Positions 22,240 to 32,519 of a stretch of 64,000 nt of DNA are shown here, in pieces (positions within the stretch are counted from its first letter, which is position 1; every line of letters starts with the position of its first letter). The stretch lies in assembly GCA_965223665.1 (NCBI GenBank), contig OZ245011.1:672001-736000 (forward strand), read 5' to 3'. A program made the position numbers and the translations under genes. This DNA is from Nitrospinaceae bacterium. Its GTDB lineage: Bacteria > Nitrospinota > Nitrospinia > Nitrospinales > Nitrospinaceae. The notes beneath the pieces are model-generated. The model saw only the letters and a program-made list of their open reading frames with translations, made no database searches and was not told the DNA's origin.

Positions 22240-23158
22240 TACTCGCACCTAATAGGAGATACATTAATGCCATACGTACTGCTAATCCATTCGTTACCTG
22301 ATGTAAAACCAGTGAATGAGGACTTTCTAATACATCTAAGGAAATTTCTATACCTCTATTTACCGGACCGGGATGTAATATTAGCAATTCTTTTTTTGCA
22401 GACTTTAATTTTTCAGCGGTTAATCCAAATAAATTCGAATATTCTCTAAAACTGGAAAGCAACCCTTGATTTTGTCTTTCTAATTGGATACGAAGCATCA
22501 TGACTACATCTATGTCTTTTAGAGCATTTTCCAAACTGTGTTCTACAGTTACATTTAACTTTTCAATACCCAATGGGATGAGGGTAGGGGGACCCACTAC
22601 TTTCACTTTCATTCCTAATTTGGTCATTGCAAATATATTCGAACGAGCTACCCGACTATGTAAAATATCTCCCACAATGGCCACTCTGAGACCCTCAAGT
22701 TTTTTAACTTTTTCTTTAATGGTCAATAAATCCAATAGTGCTTGTGAAGGATGTTCGTGGGTTCCATCGCCTGCATTGATAACTGGACAATTTATGTGTT
22801 TAGCTATCATTTCGGGAGCTCCAGAGCAGGAATGTCTTACCACTAAAATATCTGGCTGCATAGCTTCCAAATTATAGGCTGTGTCTAATAAGCTTTCTCC
22901 TTTAGTTATACTACTTGTGGAACCTGAAATATTAATTACATCTGCACTTAAACGTTTTCCGGCAATTTCAAATGAAGTTCGAGTTCTGGTGCTGGGTTCA
23001 AAAAACATATTAATTATGGTCCTTCCCCGTAAGGTAGGTACTTTCTTAATTGACCGAGTGGAAATTTCCTTGAAGGATTCAGCAGTATCTAAAATAGAAA
23101 GAATTTCTTCTTTAGTGAGATACTGAGTTCCTAAAATATCTTTATTGGCGAAAGGCAT
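22223..23158 (-). CDS. pyrB: Aspartate carbamoyltransferase catalytic subunit
   Basis: [30 protein letters not shown]. Confidence 0.98.
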   Translation of the reverse strand: MPFANKDILGTQYLTKEEILSILDTAESFKEISTRSIKKVPTLRGRTIINMFFEPSTRTRTSFEIAGKRLSADVINISGSTSSITKGESLLDTAYNLEAMQPDILVVRHSCSGAPEMIAKHINCPVINAGDGTHEHPSQALLDLLTIKEKVKKLEGLRVAIVGDILHSRVARSNIFAMTKLGMKVKVVGPPTLIPLGIEKLNVTVEHSLENALKDIDVVMMLRIQLERQNQGLLSSFREYSNLFGLTAEKLKSAKKELLILHPGPVNRGIEISLDVLESPHSLVLHQVTNGLAVRMALMYLLLGASNENSN

Positions 23159-23160
23159 TT

Positions 23161-23785
<625 letters not shown>

Positions 23786-23790
23786 TTGTT

Positions 23791-23830
23791 GATCCCTTGC
23801 CAGTCTCACAGGACTGTCTTAAAGAGGTCA
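23791..23830 (-). promoter_or_regulatory. PyrR-binding RNA stem-loop
   Basis: Minus strand GACCUCUUUAAGA-CAGUC-CUGUGA-GACUG-GCAAGGGAUC matches the PyrR site (CUUUAA and AGUCCNGNGAG), directly upstream of pyrR. Confidence 0.9.
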
Positions 23831-23842
23831 GTAATAAAAATG

Positions 23843-23871
23843 ATATTAGCTAGTGCTAGGAATTAAGTCAA
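23843..23871 (-). promoter_or_regulatory. sigma70 promoter of the pyr operon
   Basis: Minus strand TTGACT-N17-TAATAT, just upstream of the PyrR loop. Confidence 0.7.
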
Positions 23872-23917
23872 GTGAAAACCTATACACCAGTCACCAAAAA
23901 ATCAAATCGGGATAATC

Positions 23918-24532
23918 ATGGTCAAAATTAATAAAATTTATACAAAAACAGGTGACAAAGGAACAACCCGGTTGGTAGGAGGAAATCCTATTCCAAAAAA
24001 TCATCCGCGAGTAGAGGCCTATGGAACTATTGATGAGTTAAACAGCATTGTAGGAATTGTGCGTTACTTTAATAGTCAAAGAACTGAATCACTAAGAAAA
24101 GAAAAATTTGATGTAATACTTGAGGAAATTCAGCAAAGATTATTCGATCTTGGAAGTCAATTAGCCACAGACCCAAGCTATAAATCAAAAATGCCCAATC
24201 CTCCTAAAATTGATAAAAAGCAAATTCAATGGTTAGAGCAAGTCATTGATGCAATGAACGAAAATTTAAATCCTTTGAACAGTTTTATATTACCTGGAGG
24301 AGGTGCTCTCAATTCCTTTTTGCATCAGTGCCGAACTGTTTGCCGGCGCGCCGAACGGAATATAATTTCCCTCAACCAACAGGAAGAAATATCTCCTGAA
24401 ATAATTTCATTTATTAATCGATTATCTGATGCGTTCTTTGTATTCAGCCGCTGGCTTAGTGAAACTCAGGGAGAAAGGGAGATCCTTTGGAAACCAAATA
24501 TTCCGGATGAACCCGATTGGAAGTGGGACTAA
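23918..24532 (+). CDS. ATP:cob(I)alamin adenosyltransferase (PduO type)
   Basis: KIYTKTGDKGTT, AYGTIDELNS, FILPGG, RTVCRRAER, NRLSD. Confidence 0.93.
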   Translation: MVKINKIYTKTGDKGTTRLVGGNPIPKNHPRVEAYGTIDELNSIVGIVRYFNSQRTESLRKEKFDVILEEIQQRLFDLGSQLATDPSYKSKMPNPPKIDKKQIQWLEQVIDAMNENLNPLNSFILPGGGALNSFLHQCRTVCRRAERNIISLNQQEEISPEIISFINRLSDAFFVFSRWLSETQGEREILWKPNIPDEPDWKWD

Positions 24533-24598
24533 ATTAATCTTGAACCTGTTAAGCAATAAATATTTAGTCAATAAACTAAAATATATTGGAATTAGTAA

Positions 24599-25930
24599 AT
24601 GACTGAAAGGAATTTAAAAGAAGACCCACGTTCCAAAGACCAATTAATGGTATTTGGTTTAGTGTTTATAATACTTTTAATTGGTTTTTTTATTGCATTT
24701 CAATTTGTAGAACCTGCCCCACCCAAAAACATAAGAATTGCAACAGGTTCCACAAGTGGTATTTATTTTTCATCGGCAGAAAAATATAGGGAGTTTGTAA
24801 AAACGGAAGGGATTAATTTAGAAGTAATTACTACAGCAGGATCCGTTGAGAATTTAAAACTATTAAATGAGCCTAATCAAGGGGTCGATTTTGGATTTGT
24901 GCAAAGTGGCTTTGCAACCAAATCATTAAATTCAAGCATCGTGGGGCTGGCTAGTCTATACTTTGAACCACTTTGGATATTTTATAAAAGTAAAGAAGAT
25001 TTGAACCGTTTGACAGATTTAAAGGATTTTAAAATAGCTGTTGGAGAGGAAGGTAGTGGAACCCAAGAAGTGGCTCTAAAACTACTATCAGAAAATGGAA
25101 TTTCTGATTCCTCCCTTGTTTCTATTGGAGGTGAAAAAGCCATTGAAGCTTTACATAAGGGACAGGTGGAAGCCGCCTTTATGATTTCCTCTCCAAAGTC
25201 CCAAAAAATTAAAGATCTGCTATTTCATCCAAAAATAAAATTAATGAGCTTTAGTCGTGCAGAAGCGTATGCTCGAAAACATGATTTTTTGGCTCATTTG
25301 ACTTTGCCCGAAGGGGTGATCAATTTTGAAAAAAATATTCCACCCGCTGATATACAATTAATTGCTCCTGCTGCTTTATTAGTAGCGAGAAGTGATATCC
25401 ATCCCGCTTTAATTAGTTTAATACTACAAGCCGCAACTCGCCTTCATGAGAAGGGTGGACTATTTGAAAAACACGGTCAATTCCCTTCCTTAGAATATGT
25501 AGATTTTCCCCAACAGGAAGATGCAGAGCGATATGTAAAAAAAGGGCCTCCCTTTCTACAGAAATTTCTTCCATTTTGGGCGGCAACATTAATCGATCGA
25601 ATGATTGTAATGTTGATCCCAGTAGTTACTTTACTTATTCCTTTATTTAAAATAGTGCCACCAACATATGCTTGGCGGGTTCGCTCCCGTATCTATCGTT
25701 GGTATGAAGAGTTACAAGTAATTGATGAAGGGATTGATGAACTCAAACAATTATCTGAATTAAAGAAATTTTTAGAGGAATTGGATCGAATTGAAAAGGA
25801 AGTCATTCGTGTTAAAGTGCCGTTATCCTATGCAGAATCTTTATACAATTTAAGGTTACATATTGAAATGGTAAGAAGCAAGGTAGATCAACACCGCGAG
25901 GCCTTAAAAAACCAAATTCCGGTGGATTAA
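24599..25930 (+). CDS. TAXI-family solute-receptor-like protein with C-terminal membrane anchor and helical tail
   Basis: IATG...G.Y, TAGSVENL, LYFEPLW, GSGT; C-terminal LPFW...WRVRSRIYRWY segment. Confidence 0.75.
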   Translation: MTERNLKEDPRSKDQLMVFGLVFIILLIGFFIAFQFVEPAPPKNIRIATGSTSGIYFSSAEKYREFVKTEGINLEVITTAGSVENLKLLNEPNQGVDFGFVQSGFATKSLNSSIVGLASLYFEPLWIFYKSKEDLNRLTDLKDFKIAVGEEGSGTQEVALKLLSENGISDSSLVSIGGEKAIEALHKGQVEAAFMISSPKSQKIKDLLFHPKIKLMSFSRAEAYARKHDFLAHLTLPEGVINFEKNIPPADIQLIAPAALLVARSDIHPALISLILQAATRLHEKGGLFEKHGQFPSLEYVDFPQQEDAERYVKKGPPFLQKFLPFWAATLIDRMIVMLIPVVTLLIPLFKIVPPTYAWRVRSRIYRWYEELQVIDEGIDELKQLSELKKFLEELDRIEKEVIRVKVPLSYAESLYNLRLHIEMVRSKVDQHREALKNQIPVD

Positions 25931-25938
25931 ATTTTATT

Positions 25939-26235
25939 CTATTTAGCTCGTAATCCTTTCCAAGTTAAAACGACTTTTCCTTTTCGTATTTTCAATTGAC
26001 ATCCTAAACGCATTCCTTTTTCTAAATCCTCGTCATACAAATAATCCTTTTCTTCTTCAGTAATTCGGGAAATATTTTCACGTCCCTCCAGTACCGTAAG
26101 CTCACAAACCCCACAGGTACCTTCGGTACATCCAAAAGAAAGAGAAACGTCAACTTCTTCACATATATCTATCAGACTCATACCATCCTCACATTCGTGA
26201 GAAACGTTGTCTGGTTCAAAATTTACTTCAGCCAT
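25939..26235 (-). CDS. [2Fe-2S] ferredoxin
   Basis: C-x4-C-x2-C (GCTEGTCGVC) plus RLGCQ. Confidence 0.9.
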   Translation of the reverse strand: MAEVNFEPDNVSHECEDGMSLIDICEEVDVSLSFGCTEGTCGVCELTVLEGRENISRITEEEKDYLYDEDLEKGMRLGCQLKIRKGKVVLTWKGLRAK

Positions 26236-26261
26236 AATTGTTAATCACTTTCCAAATTTAA

Positions 26262-27173
26262 TTAAAACCCAGTGTCTTTGAGTTTTTGAATTAGTTCCAC
26301 CTGTTGGTCCGAAATCATTGATGGATAGGAAACCTGAATGACAATTATTTGGTCTCCTATTGTTCCTTTAGAATTTTTAACTCCCAAACCTCTTAAGCGC
26401 AACTTTGAATTTGGTTGGGTCCCCTTCGGAACTTTGACTTGTTTATCCCCATCCAGGGTTGGCACTTGTATTGTAGTTCCTAAAAGTGCATCAGTTAATT
26501 TAATGGTTTGGTTAATTATTATATTGTTATTTTCTCTTTTAAATATAGGATGATTTTGGACTTGAATTTTAAAATAGAGGTCACCTGCAGGACCCCCCTG
26601 ACTTCCTGGATGCCCTTTTCCAGCTAATCTCATTTTTGTTCCATTCAAAATACCTGAAGGAATTTTTACACTTATATCTTCAATAGATCCCCCTCGCTCC
26701 ATTTTGAATTTTTTTTCACTTCCCCTGGCAGCCTCTTCAAAAGTGATTGTCATTGGAGAAATTATATCCTGTCCCTTTTTAGGTCCTCTTTGTGCTGATC
26801 CAAATATATTTTCAAATGGACTTGAAAATGAGGAATAACTCATATTCTCAAATCCTCGAGGGAATCCCGATCCTCCAGATCCGCCAAAACCAAATCCTTT
26901 TAAAATTTCATTTATATCAAACCCCTGAAATATATCATCTTGAGTATATCGTTGCCGAAAACCTTCAGCCCCAAACATATCGTATTGTTTACGTTTTTCT
27001 TTATCTTTTAAAACCGCATAAGCTTCATTTATATCTTTAAATTTCTCTTCAGCTTTAGAATCGTTTTTATTGTGATCTGGATGATATTTTAATGCCAGTT
27101 TTTTATAGGCTTTCTTAATTTCATCGTCGGAGGCAGTTTTCTTTACCCCTAAAATTTCATAGTAATTAGGCAT
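26262..27173 (-). CDS. DnaJ-class (type II, CbpA-like) chaperone
   Basis: J domain with HPD, G/F-rich region, C-terminal domain, no zinc finger. Confidence 0.9.
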   Translation of the reverse strand: MPNYYEILGVKKTASDDEIKKAYKKLALKYHPDHNKNDSKAEEKFKDINEAYAVLKDKEKRKQYDMFGAEGFRQRYTQDDIFQGFDINEILKGFGFGGSGGSGFPRGFENMSYSSFSSPFENIFGSAQRGPKKGQDIISPMTITFEEAARGSEKKFKMERGGSIEDISVKIPSGILNGTKMRLAGKGHPGSQGGPAGDLYFKIQVQNHPIFKRENNNIIINQTIKLTDALLGTTIQVPTLDGDKQVKVPKGTQPNSKLRLRGLGVKNSKGTIGDQIIVIQVSYPSMISDQQVELIQKLKDTGF

Positions 27174-27242
27174 ATTTTATACTGGTTGAAAAAAATAGAG
27201 TTCTAACTTAGGATATTTATATACAAACATTATAGACTTTTT

Positions 27243-28082
27243 ATGCGAACGGCCTTTATTTTTTTTATATTTATAGGAATAATTTTTTCTTGGGGTTGTG
27301 CTAAACCCCCGCCAGATGCATTCCGCCCCATTGCCCAGGGCTCACTCCTTAAACATCAAAAAGATCTGTTTAGTTGGGATCCTTCATCTAAAACTGAATT
27401 AGAAGAACGCAGAGCCAATCAGAAAAGATTCGATGATTATAATTATGAATTTAAAAATTTGCTAAAACAATATGCTGATATTTTAAGTGTTGAAATATTT
27501 GCTGAAAATATAATCAGTCAACTTGGACCAGATTTTAACAAAATTCGAAATGGTATAAATCAGAAAATAGTTAAAATTGATAAAGATAATGGCAAAATAA
27601 AAAAAGAAATTGTAGCTCTCAGACATTCAATAGATAAATTAAAAGATAAAGTTGAGCTAGCAAAGAAAACTAATGAGCCAACAATTTTCAAAAATAAAGA
27701 ATTATTTGCAGCTGTACGGTTTTTCAGGAAAAAACAATATTGGAAAAGCATACAAAAATATCGTAAGATTTTGAAAACTCATTATCCAGTTGACCTTGAA
27801 GATAATATACTATTTGGCTTAGCCTCTAATTATTTTAAGTTGGAGAAATATGATTTAGCAGAAAATAAATTAGAAATTATTATCAACAAATTTTATCAAC
27901 AAGATAAATGGTTAATTTCTCACGCCATGTTGGGTTTGATTTATAATATCCAGGGAAAAAATAGCAAAGCTATTTACATTTTGGAAACAGCATTAATGCA
28001 TAATCCAACTCCTCAAATTAAACAAATAATTCAACAATTGATCCGTATTGCCCAAAATTCAGTTTCCAATGTCAGCAGTTGA
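27243..28082 (+). CDS. TPR lipoprotein (CpoB/YbgF-like architecture)
   Basis: Lipobox-like SWGC, coiled coil, C-terminal TPR-like helices. Confidence 0.55.
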   Translation: MRTAFIFFIFIGIIFSWGCAKPPPDAFRPIAQGSLLKHQKDLFSWDPSSKTELEERRANQKRFDDYNYEFKNLLKQYADILSVEIFAENIISQLGPDFNKIRNGINQKIVKIDKDNGKIKKEIVALRHSIDKLKDKVELAKKTNEPTIFKNKELFAAVRFFRKKQYWKSIQKYRKILKTHYPVDLEDNILFGLASNYFKLEKYDLAENKLEIIINKFYQQDKWLISHAMLGLIYNIQGKNSKAIYILETALMHNPTPQIKQIIQQLIRIAQNSVSNVSS

Positions 28083-28725
28083 TCAACCCGCACCTAGTTT
28101 AGATATTTCTGAATGGGTTCAAGGCCCACCCTCAAACATAAGTAATGAAACTGGCAAAGTTATTTTGATTGAAGTTTTTCAAGTCAACTGTCCAGGTTGT
28201 TTTATTGGGGGCTTACCTGAAGTTATACAAGTTCATGAGCAATTTAAAAATGAACCAATGGTTATATGGGGATTAGCTACTGCCTTCGAAGATTTTCAAT
28301 TGAATAACCTAGAAAACCTAAAAAGACTTTTAACAACTGGCGAGGTAGTTGGAGAAACTTTTAACTATTTGTTGGATAGGGGTATGCTAAGAGGATCTTC
28401 TCTGGATTATCAAATTCCCTTCCCGGTTGCATGGGACAAAGTTGTGAAACGTTCTGGAGGCTCAAATGAAGCGGAGGTTTTAACATTTATAAAACGGGAT
28501 TTTCCAAATTATGAAGAGCTTCCTAATAACGCTCAAGTATTAATAAAACAGCAAATCAGCAATTATTTAGCTAATAAACAATATGATGCAAAGACATTTG
28601 ATAAGTATGCGCTTCGAGGAACACCGTCTTCTATTATTATTGATAAAAAGGGAATTTTGCGTCATAAATTATTTGGTTCTGGCTTAGGCTTAACGGAAAT
28701 AATTACTCCGTTGCTTAATGAATAA
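28069..28725 (+). CDS. Thioredoxin-like (TlpA/AhpC-TSA) redoxin
   Basis: GKVILIEVFQVNCPGC CxxC motif, GTPSSIIIDKKGILR; ATG at 28069 preferred. Confidence 0.8.
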   Translation: MSAVDQPAPSLDISEWVQGPPSNISNETGKVILIEVFQVNCPGCFIGGLPEVIQVHEQFKNEPMVIWGLATAFEDFQLNNLENLKRLLTTGEVVGETFNYLLDRGMLRGSSLDYQIPFPVAWDKVVKRSGGSNEAEVLTFIKRDFPNYEELPNNAQVLIKQQISNYLANKQYDAKTFDKYALRGTPSSIIIDKKGILRHKLFGSGLGLTEIITPLLNE

Positions 28726-28730
28726 ATTTC

Positions 28731-29714
28731 ATGCTTACCTTTAAAAAATATATTCAAACTATAGAGCGTTTTGAGGAGGCTTGGGTTTTGCTTGCCGCAC
28801 TTCGGTTCAATATCTATTCAATTTTAGGTAAAGAGGAGCTCACGGGTAAGAAAATTGCACAAAAAACAAAAACAAATGAAGAAGGGATGGCATGTTTGTT
28901 AAATGCCTTAGTGGCTCTAAAAGCTTTGTATAAAAAAAACAATAAATATTCCAATACACCTGAGATGTATAAGCATTTTTGTTCCACAAGCCCTTCATTT
29001 AAAAAAGGAACAATTTTTTTAAAGGCCAATGGTAATGACGAATGGAAAAAGCTGATCAATACAATTCAAAAGGGTAGAGATATTTCAGAATATGAAAAAG
29101 AGGATGATCCAAACTTTAGATATCTATTTTCCCATGCCATGCATGAGAGGAGCTTCCCGTTTGCAAATAAAATTGCTGAAATATTAAATAAAGGATCAAT
29201 CAAGAAATTTTTGGATTTTGGAGGAGGCCCCGGGTCTTATTGCTCTGCTCTCTTAAAAAAAAATGAGAAACTAGAAACTTATTTATTTGACCGCCCAACA
29301 GCTATTAAAGTGGCAAAAGAATTAAATGAAAAACAAAAATATTTTAAGCGGCTCAAATTCATAGAAGGAGATTTGTTTAAAACCAAATTCGGGCAAAATT
29401 ATGATACGGTATTATTTTCAAATATTTTACATATATATAATCCGACTCAAAATAAGAGGTTATTTCGAAGAATTCATAAATCCTTAATTAAAGGGGGGCG
29501 GTTAGCGATAGTAGAATTTTTCATAAACGAAAACAGAATAGAACCCTATGATGCTGTTATGTTTTCATTAACCATGCTTCTCTATACCGCAACTGGAAAA
29601 ACTTATTCTTATAACGAAACAGAGGCTTTATTAAAGGAAACGGGTTACTATAAATTCAAGAGGATCCAGCTGGATAATTCGGTTGGAATATTAATCGCCC
29701 ATAAAAACAATTAA
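28731..29714 (+). CDS. SAM-dependent O-methyltransferase (dimerisation domain + Methyltransf_2)
   Basis: LDFGGGPGSY, GDLF, SNILH motifs. Confidence 0.85.
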   Translation: MLTFKKYIQTIERFEEAWVLLAALRFNIYSILGKEELTGKKIAQKTKTNEEGMACLLNALVALKALYKKNNKYSNTPEMYKHFCSTSPSFKKGTIFLKANGNDEWKKLINTIQKGRDISEYEKEDDPNFRYLFSHAMHERSFPFANKIAEILNKGSIKKFLDFGGGPGSYCSALLKKNEKLETYLFDRPTAIKVAKELNEKQKYFKRLKFIEGDLFKTKFGQNYDTVLFSNILHIYNPTQNKRLFRRIHKSLIKGGRLAIVEFFINENRIEPYDAVMFSLTMLLYTATGKTYSYNETEALLKETGYYKFKRIQLDNSVGILIAHKNN

Positions 29715-31603
29715 ACTTTCACGGGAATTTTATTCGATAATTTTTCATTTTTTTCTTTGAAAGTTTTTATTAGAACCTTGATCTCTTTTTGAAGTGTTTG
29801 AATAAATTCCATATCCCTTTCAAATATTTTTTCTTTGATTTCTTCCATTGGTTCGGAATATTCCAATAAAGCTATTTGGTACGATTCTCTATTCCATTTA
29901 AGAAAAATCTCCACCAGTATATTTTGCAAAAAAAGAAATAAATCTGGTTTGTTTTTTAAATAAATCCAAAAATTTTGGATCTCATTTGAGAATAAATGTT
30001 TTCTATCATTTGTGGCTGAATTTTCATCAATTTTTAAAAATATATTATTTATTAAATCAAGGAGATGAAAATAAGAGTTTAATTCTCCTCTTAACGCTAC
30101 CCTCACTTTTTCTATTACTTTATGATTAAGGGGTTTATTAACTATTTTAAAGTTATTTGATTCTAGTTTCTTATTGGGAAATTGAAAAAGAATTTCTTTC
30201 AAACTTACATTGGGAATATTTGGAATTGAAATCCCACCTTCTGTGGCATTTAGTAGTAATGAATTTTGAGCAATATCTTTAGAAAATATATTTCTAAAAG
30301 AATCCAAAGCTTGAGTGGTTGTTGATAAATTTCCGAATATATTTCTTGCTGGTTTCATTGATGAAAGATTTTCCTTAAACCGTTGTTTAATGAAAAAGCT
30401 CATGGTCCGTGTTTGCGTGCAGTCCATTTTGTAAGTTTCGTGATAATGAGAATCTGAACAATGGAGACGAGTTTTTTCAAAGGCAAGATCTTGCCCGACT
30501 AAAACCAGTGGACTGCAACCAAAATAATTTCCAATAGAGGCTCCAAAATGAGCAACAGATTGATTTGCTCCTACACTCCCTTTTGAACCGATTAAATTAA
30601 CCACCCATTGATTAAAATTGGTGGTAGATTCAATCACTATTTTTTTTCCAGAAAATCTTTCAATAATTAAAGGTGGGATAGTTGGATTGAAAATTAATGT
30701 TACATTGTGTGGAATGGACTCAAAGTCAAATGAATTGATTGAAATCTCATTAGGATCAATGGCAACCACAAAATCCGGAATAATTCCATTTTTGATTAAA
30801 AATTTTAATGCTGTGGGAACAGAAAACAATAATGATTTTGATTTTGCATTCTTAAGTAATGAAATATTTTTATCTAATGAAGGCCCCGCTGATATTATTA
30901 TTCCCGGAATCCCATGGGCAAAATTTTTAAACTCTTTAATACCAATGGTGCTCATAGTAACTTCCAAATTTGCAATTTCATTATTAAAAAATAATTTAGA
31001 AAAGGCTTCTTGAGTATTTATTTCAATTTTTGTGTTTTGAATAATTTTCTCGAAATTGCTTTCATATTTTTGGTAGTAATCTTTGTGTTTTTTGTATAAG
31101 GATGGGAATTTAAATTTCGTAAAACCATTTATTGCAAAATCATATTTTATTTCTTCGGGAAAATGGATTAGGGTTTCCGGATTTTCACCTATCGAAAAAT
31201 AAACACCAGGGTGACTAAGAATATCCTTCAAATCATTATTTTGCATTGCCATTTCGAATAATTCTCGATCTTTTTCAATGACAAATATTTTTGATTTTAA
31301 AGGTATCTTTTTTATTAATTCTTGGACATGATAGCCTAATCCTAAACCAAAAATTACGTAGTTTATTTCTGGTTTTTTTAATAGGGATTTAATTAGCTTT
31401 TGAGCTTCTTTTTGAGGATCATAACAACTGTGGATGGTTGTCTGCGAGCCATCGGAGGACTTTAGAATAACCCCTGGAAAACCTGTTTTCGATTGCCGAA
31501 TAGAATAACTTCCTCTACCAAATGATTTTTTCATTTGTTCAGTTAATACTGGGAATTTTTTTTCCAGAATGAATAAATTATCTTTTGAGGGAATTATGTT
31601 CAT
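29711..31603 (-). CDS. Motility-associated factor (Maf/DUF115) flagellin glycosyltransferase-like protein
   Basis: IHSCYDPQKEA, FGLGLGYH, SAGPSLDKN, PDFVVAID, LVGQDLA, NATEGG. Confidence 0.8.
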   Translation of the reverse strand: MNIIPSKDNLFILEKKFPVLTEQMKKSFGRGSYSIRQSKTGFPGVILKSSDGSQTTIHSCYDPQKEAQKLIKSLLKKPEINYVIFGLGLGYHVQELIKKIPLKSKIFVIEKDRELFEMAMQNNDLKDILSHPGVYFSIGENPETLIHFPEEIKYDFAINGFTKFKFPSLYKKHKDYYQKYESNFEKIIQNTKIEINTQEAFSKLFFNNEIANLEVTMSTIGIKEFKNFAHGIPGIIISAGPSLDKNISLLKNAKSKSLLFSVPTALKFLIKNGIIPDFVVAIDPNEISINSFDFESIPHNVTLIFNPTIPPLIIERFSGKKIVIESTTNFNQWVVNLIGSKGSVGANQSVAHFGASIGNYFGCSPLVLVGQDLAFEKTRLHCSDSHYHETYKMDCTQTRTMSFFIKQRFKENLSSMKPARNIFGNLSTTTQALDSFRNIFSKDIAQNSLLLNATEGGISIPNIPNVSLKEILFQFPNKKLESNNFKIVNKPLNHKVIEKVRVALRGELNSYFHLLDLINNIFLKIDENSATNDRKHLFSNEIQNFWIYLKNKPDLFLFLQNILVEIFLKWNRESYQIALLEYSEPMEEIKEKIFERDMEFIQTLQKEIKVLIKTFKEKNEKLSNKIPVKV

Positions 31604-31662
31604 CAGGTTGAAAGAATTGAATATTCTTTCATATTATCGGAAATACAATGGAAAACCTGAAG

Positions 31663-32427
31663 TCAACTTAGGGTAAGAGTTTTTTTTTGAGCTCTTAAAA
31701 AAAATAATTCCCAATGGGTGTATACCCCTTGAGGAGAAGAAAAATTTTGGTCATATTGGGAAATAACGGTTCTTAAACCACCTGGTCCATATTTTTTCAG
31801 TGGTGCCGCCCCAATTTGTTGAAGGTTTTTTAATAATTGTCGAGTCCCTGAAAAAAATATTTCCCGGTTTTCTATTTCGAAATCTTTCAAGTCTAAATTC
31901 GCCGCTTTTAAAAGTTCTTCCCATTTATTTTGTGATAATAACCTTGTGGGGCCCTGAAGTCCTGCAGTTTCCCTAAATTCCTTAAGGGTTCTGGGACCAA
32001 AAGTACTGAAAATAAGGCTACCGTTTTTGTTTAAAGCTTTTCCCAGATTTTTCAAGGTAGTTTCAGGATTTTGAAACCATTGAAATACTGCATTTCCACT
32101 TATGAGGTCAAAATGAGAAAACTTTAAAAATTCAGCATTTCCTACTTGGAAAGAAACATTTACTGAAAAATCTAAGTGACTTTTTATATACTCAATCATG
32201 GCCGGTGCGATGTCATTAATAACTAATTTTTTTGCTCCTTTGGCCAATATATGTCTTGTGAAAATTCCAGTACCGCATCCAAGTTCTAATATTTTTGAGG
32301 GAAGTGGATTAGGAAGGAGCGAAGCCAGGCGTTCTGCCATGGATTTCTGGAGTTGCGCGTTCCTCTCATAACTATTTACATATTTCGAAAAACTCTCGAT
32401 TACTCGAGATTCAAACTTAGGTTCCAT
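31663..32427 (-). CDS. bioC: Malonyl-ACP O-methyltransferase
   Basis: SF..Y..NAQLQ..MA, LELGCGTG, NAVFQW, FSTFGP.TLKE; located in the bioF cluster; ATG at 32427 preferred. Confidence 0.85.
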   Translation of the reverse strand: MEPKFESRVIESFSKYVNSYERNAQLQKSMAERLASLLPNPLPSKILELGCGTGIFTRHILAKGAKKLVINDIAPAMIEYIKSHLDFSVNVSFQVGNAEFLKFSHFDLISGNAVFQWFQNPETTLKNLGKALNKNGSLIFSTFGPRTLKEFRETAGLQGPTRLLSQNKWEELLKAANLDLKDFEIENREIFFSGTRQLLKNLQQIGAAPLKKYGPGGLRTVISQYDQNFSSPQGVYTHWELFFLRAQKKTLTLS

Positions 32428-32519
32428 AATTAAGCTGGGGAAATAATAAAATCCATACTGTAACACCATAAAAGGAATTAATTTATAAAAATAGGTAGGA
32501 AATTTTTAAAGAAATTTTT

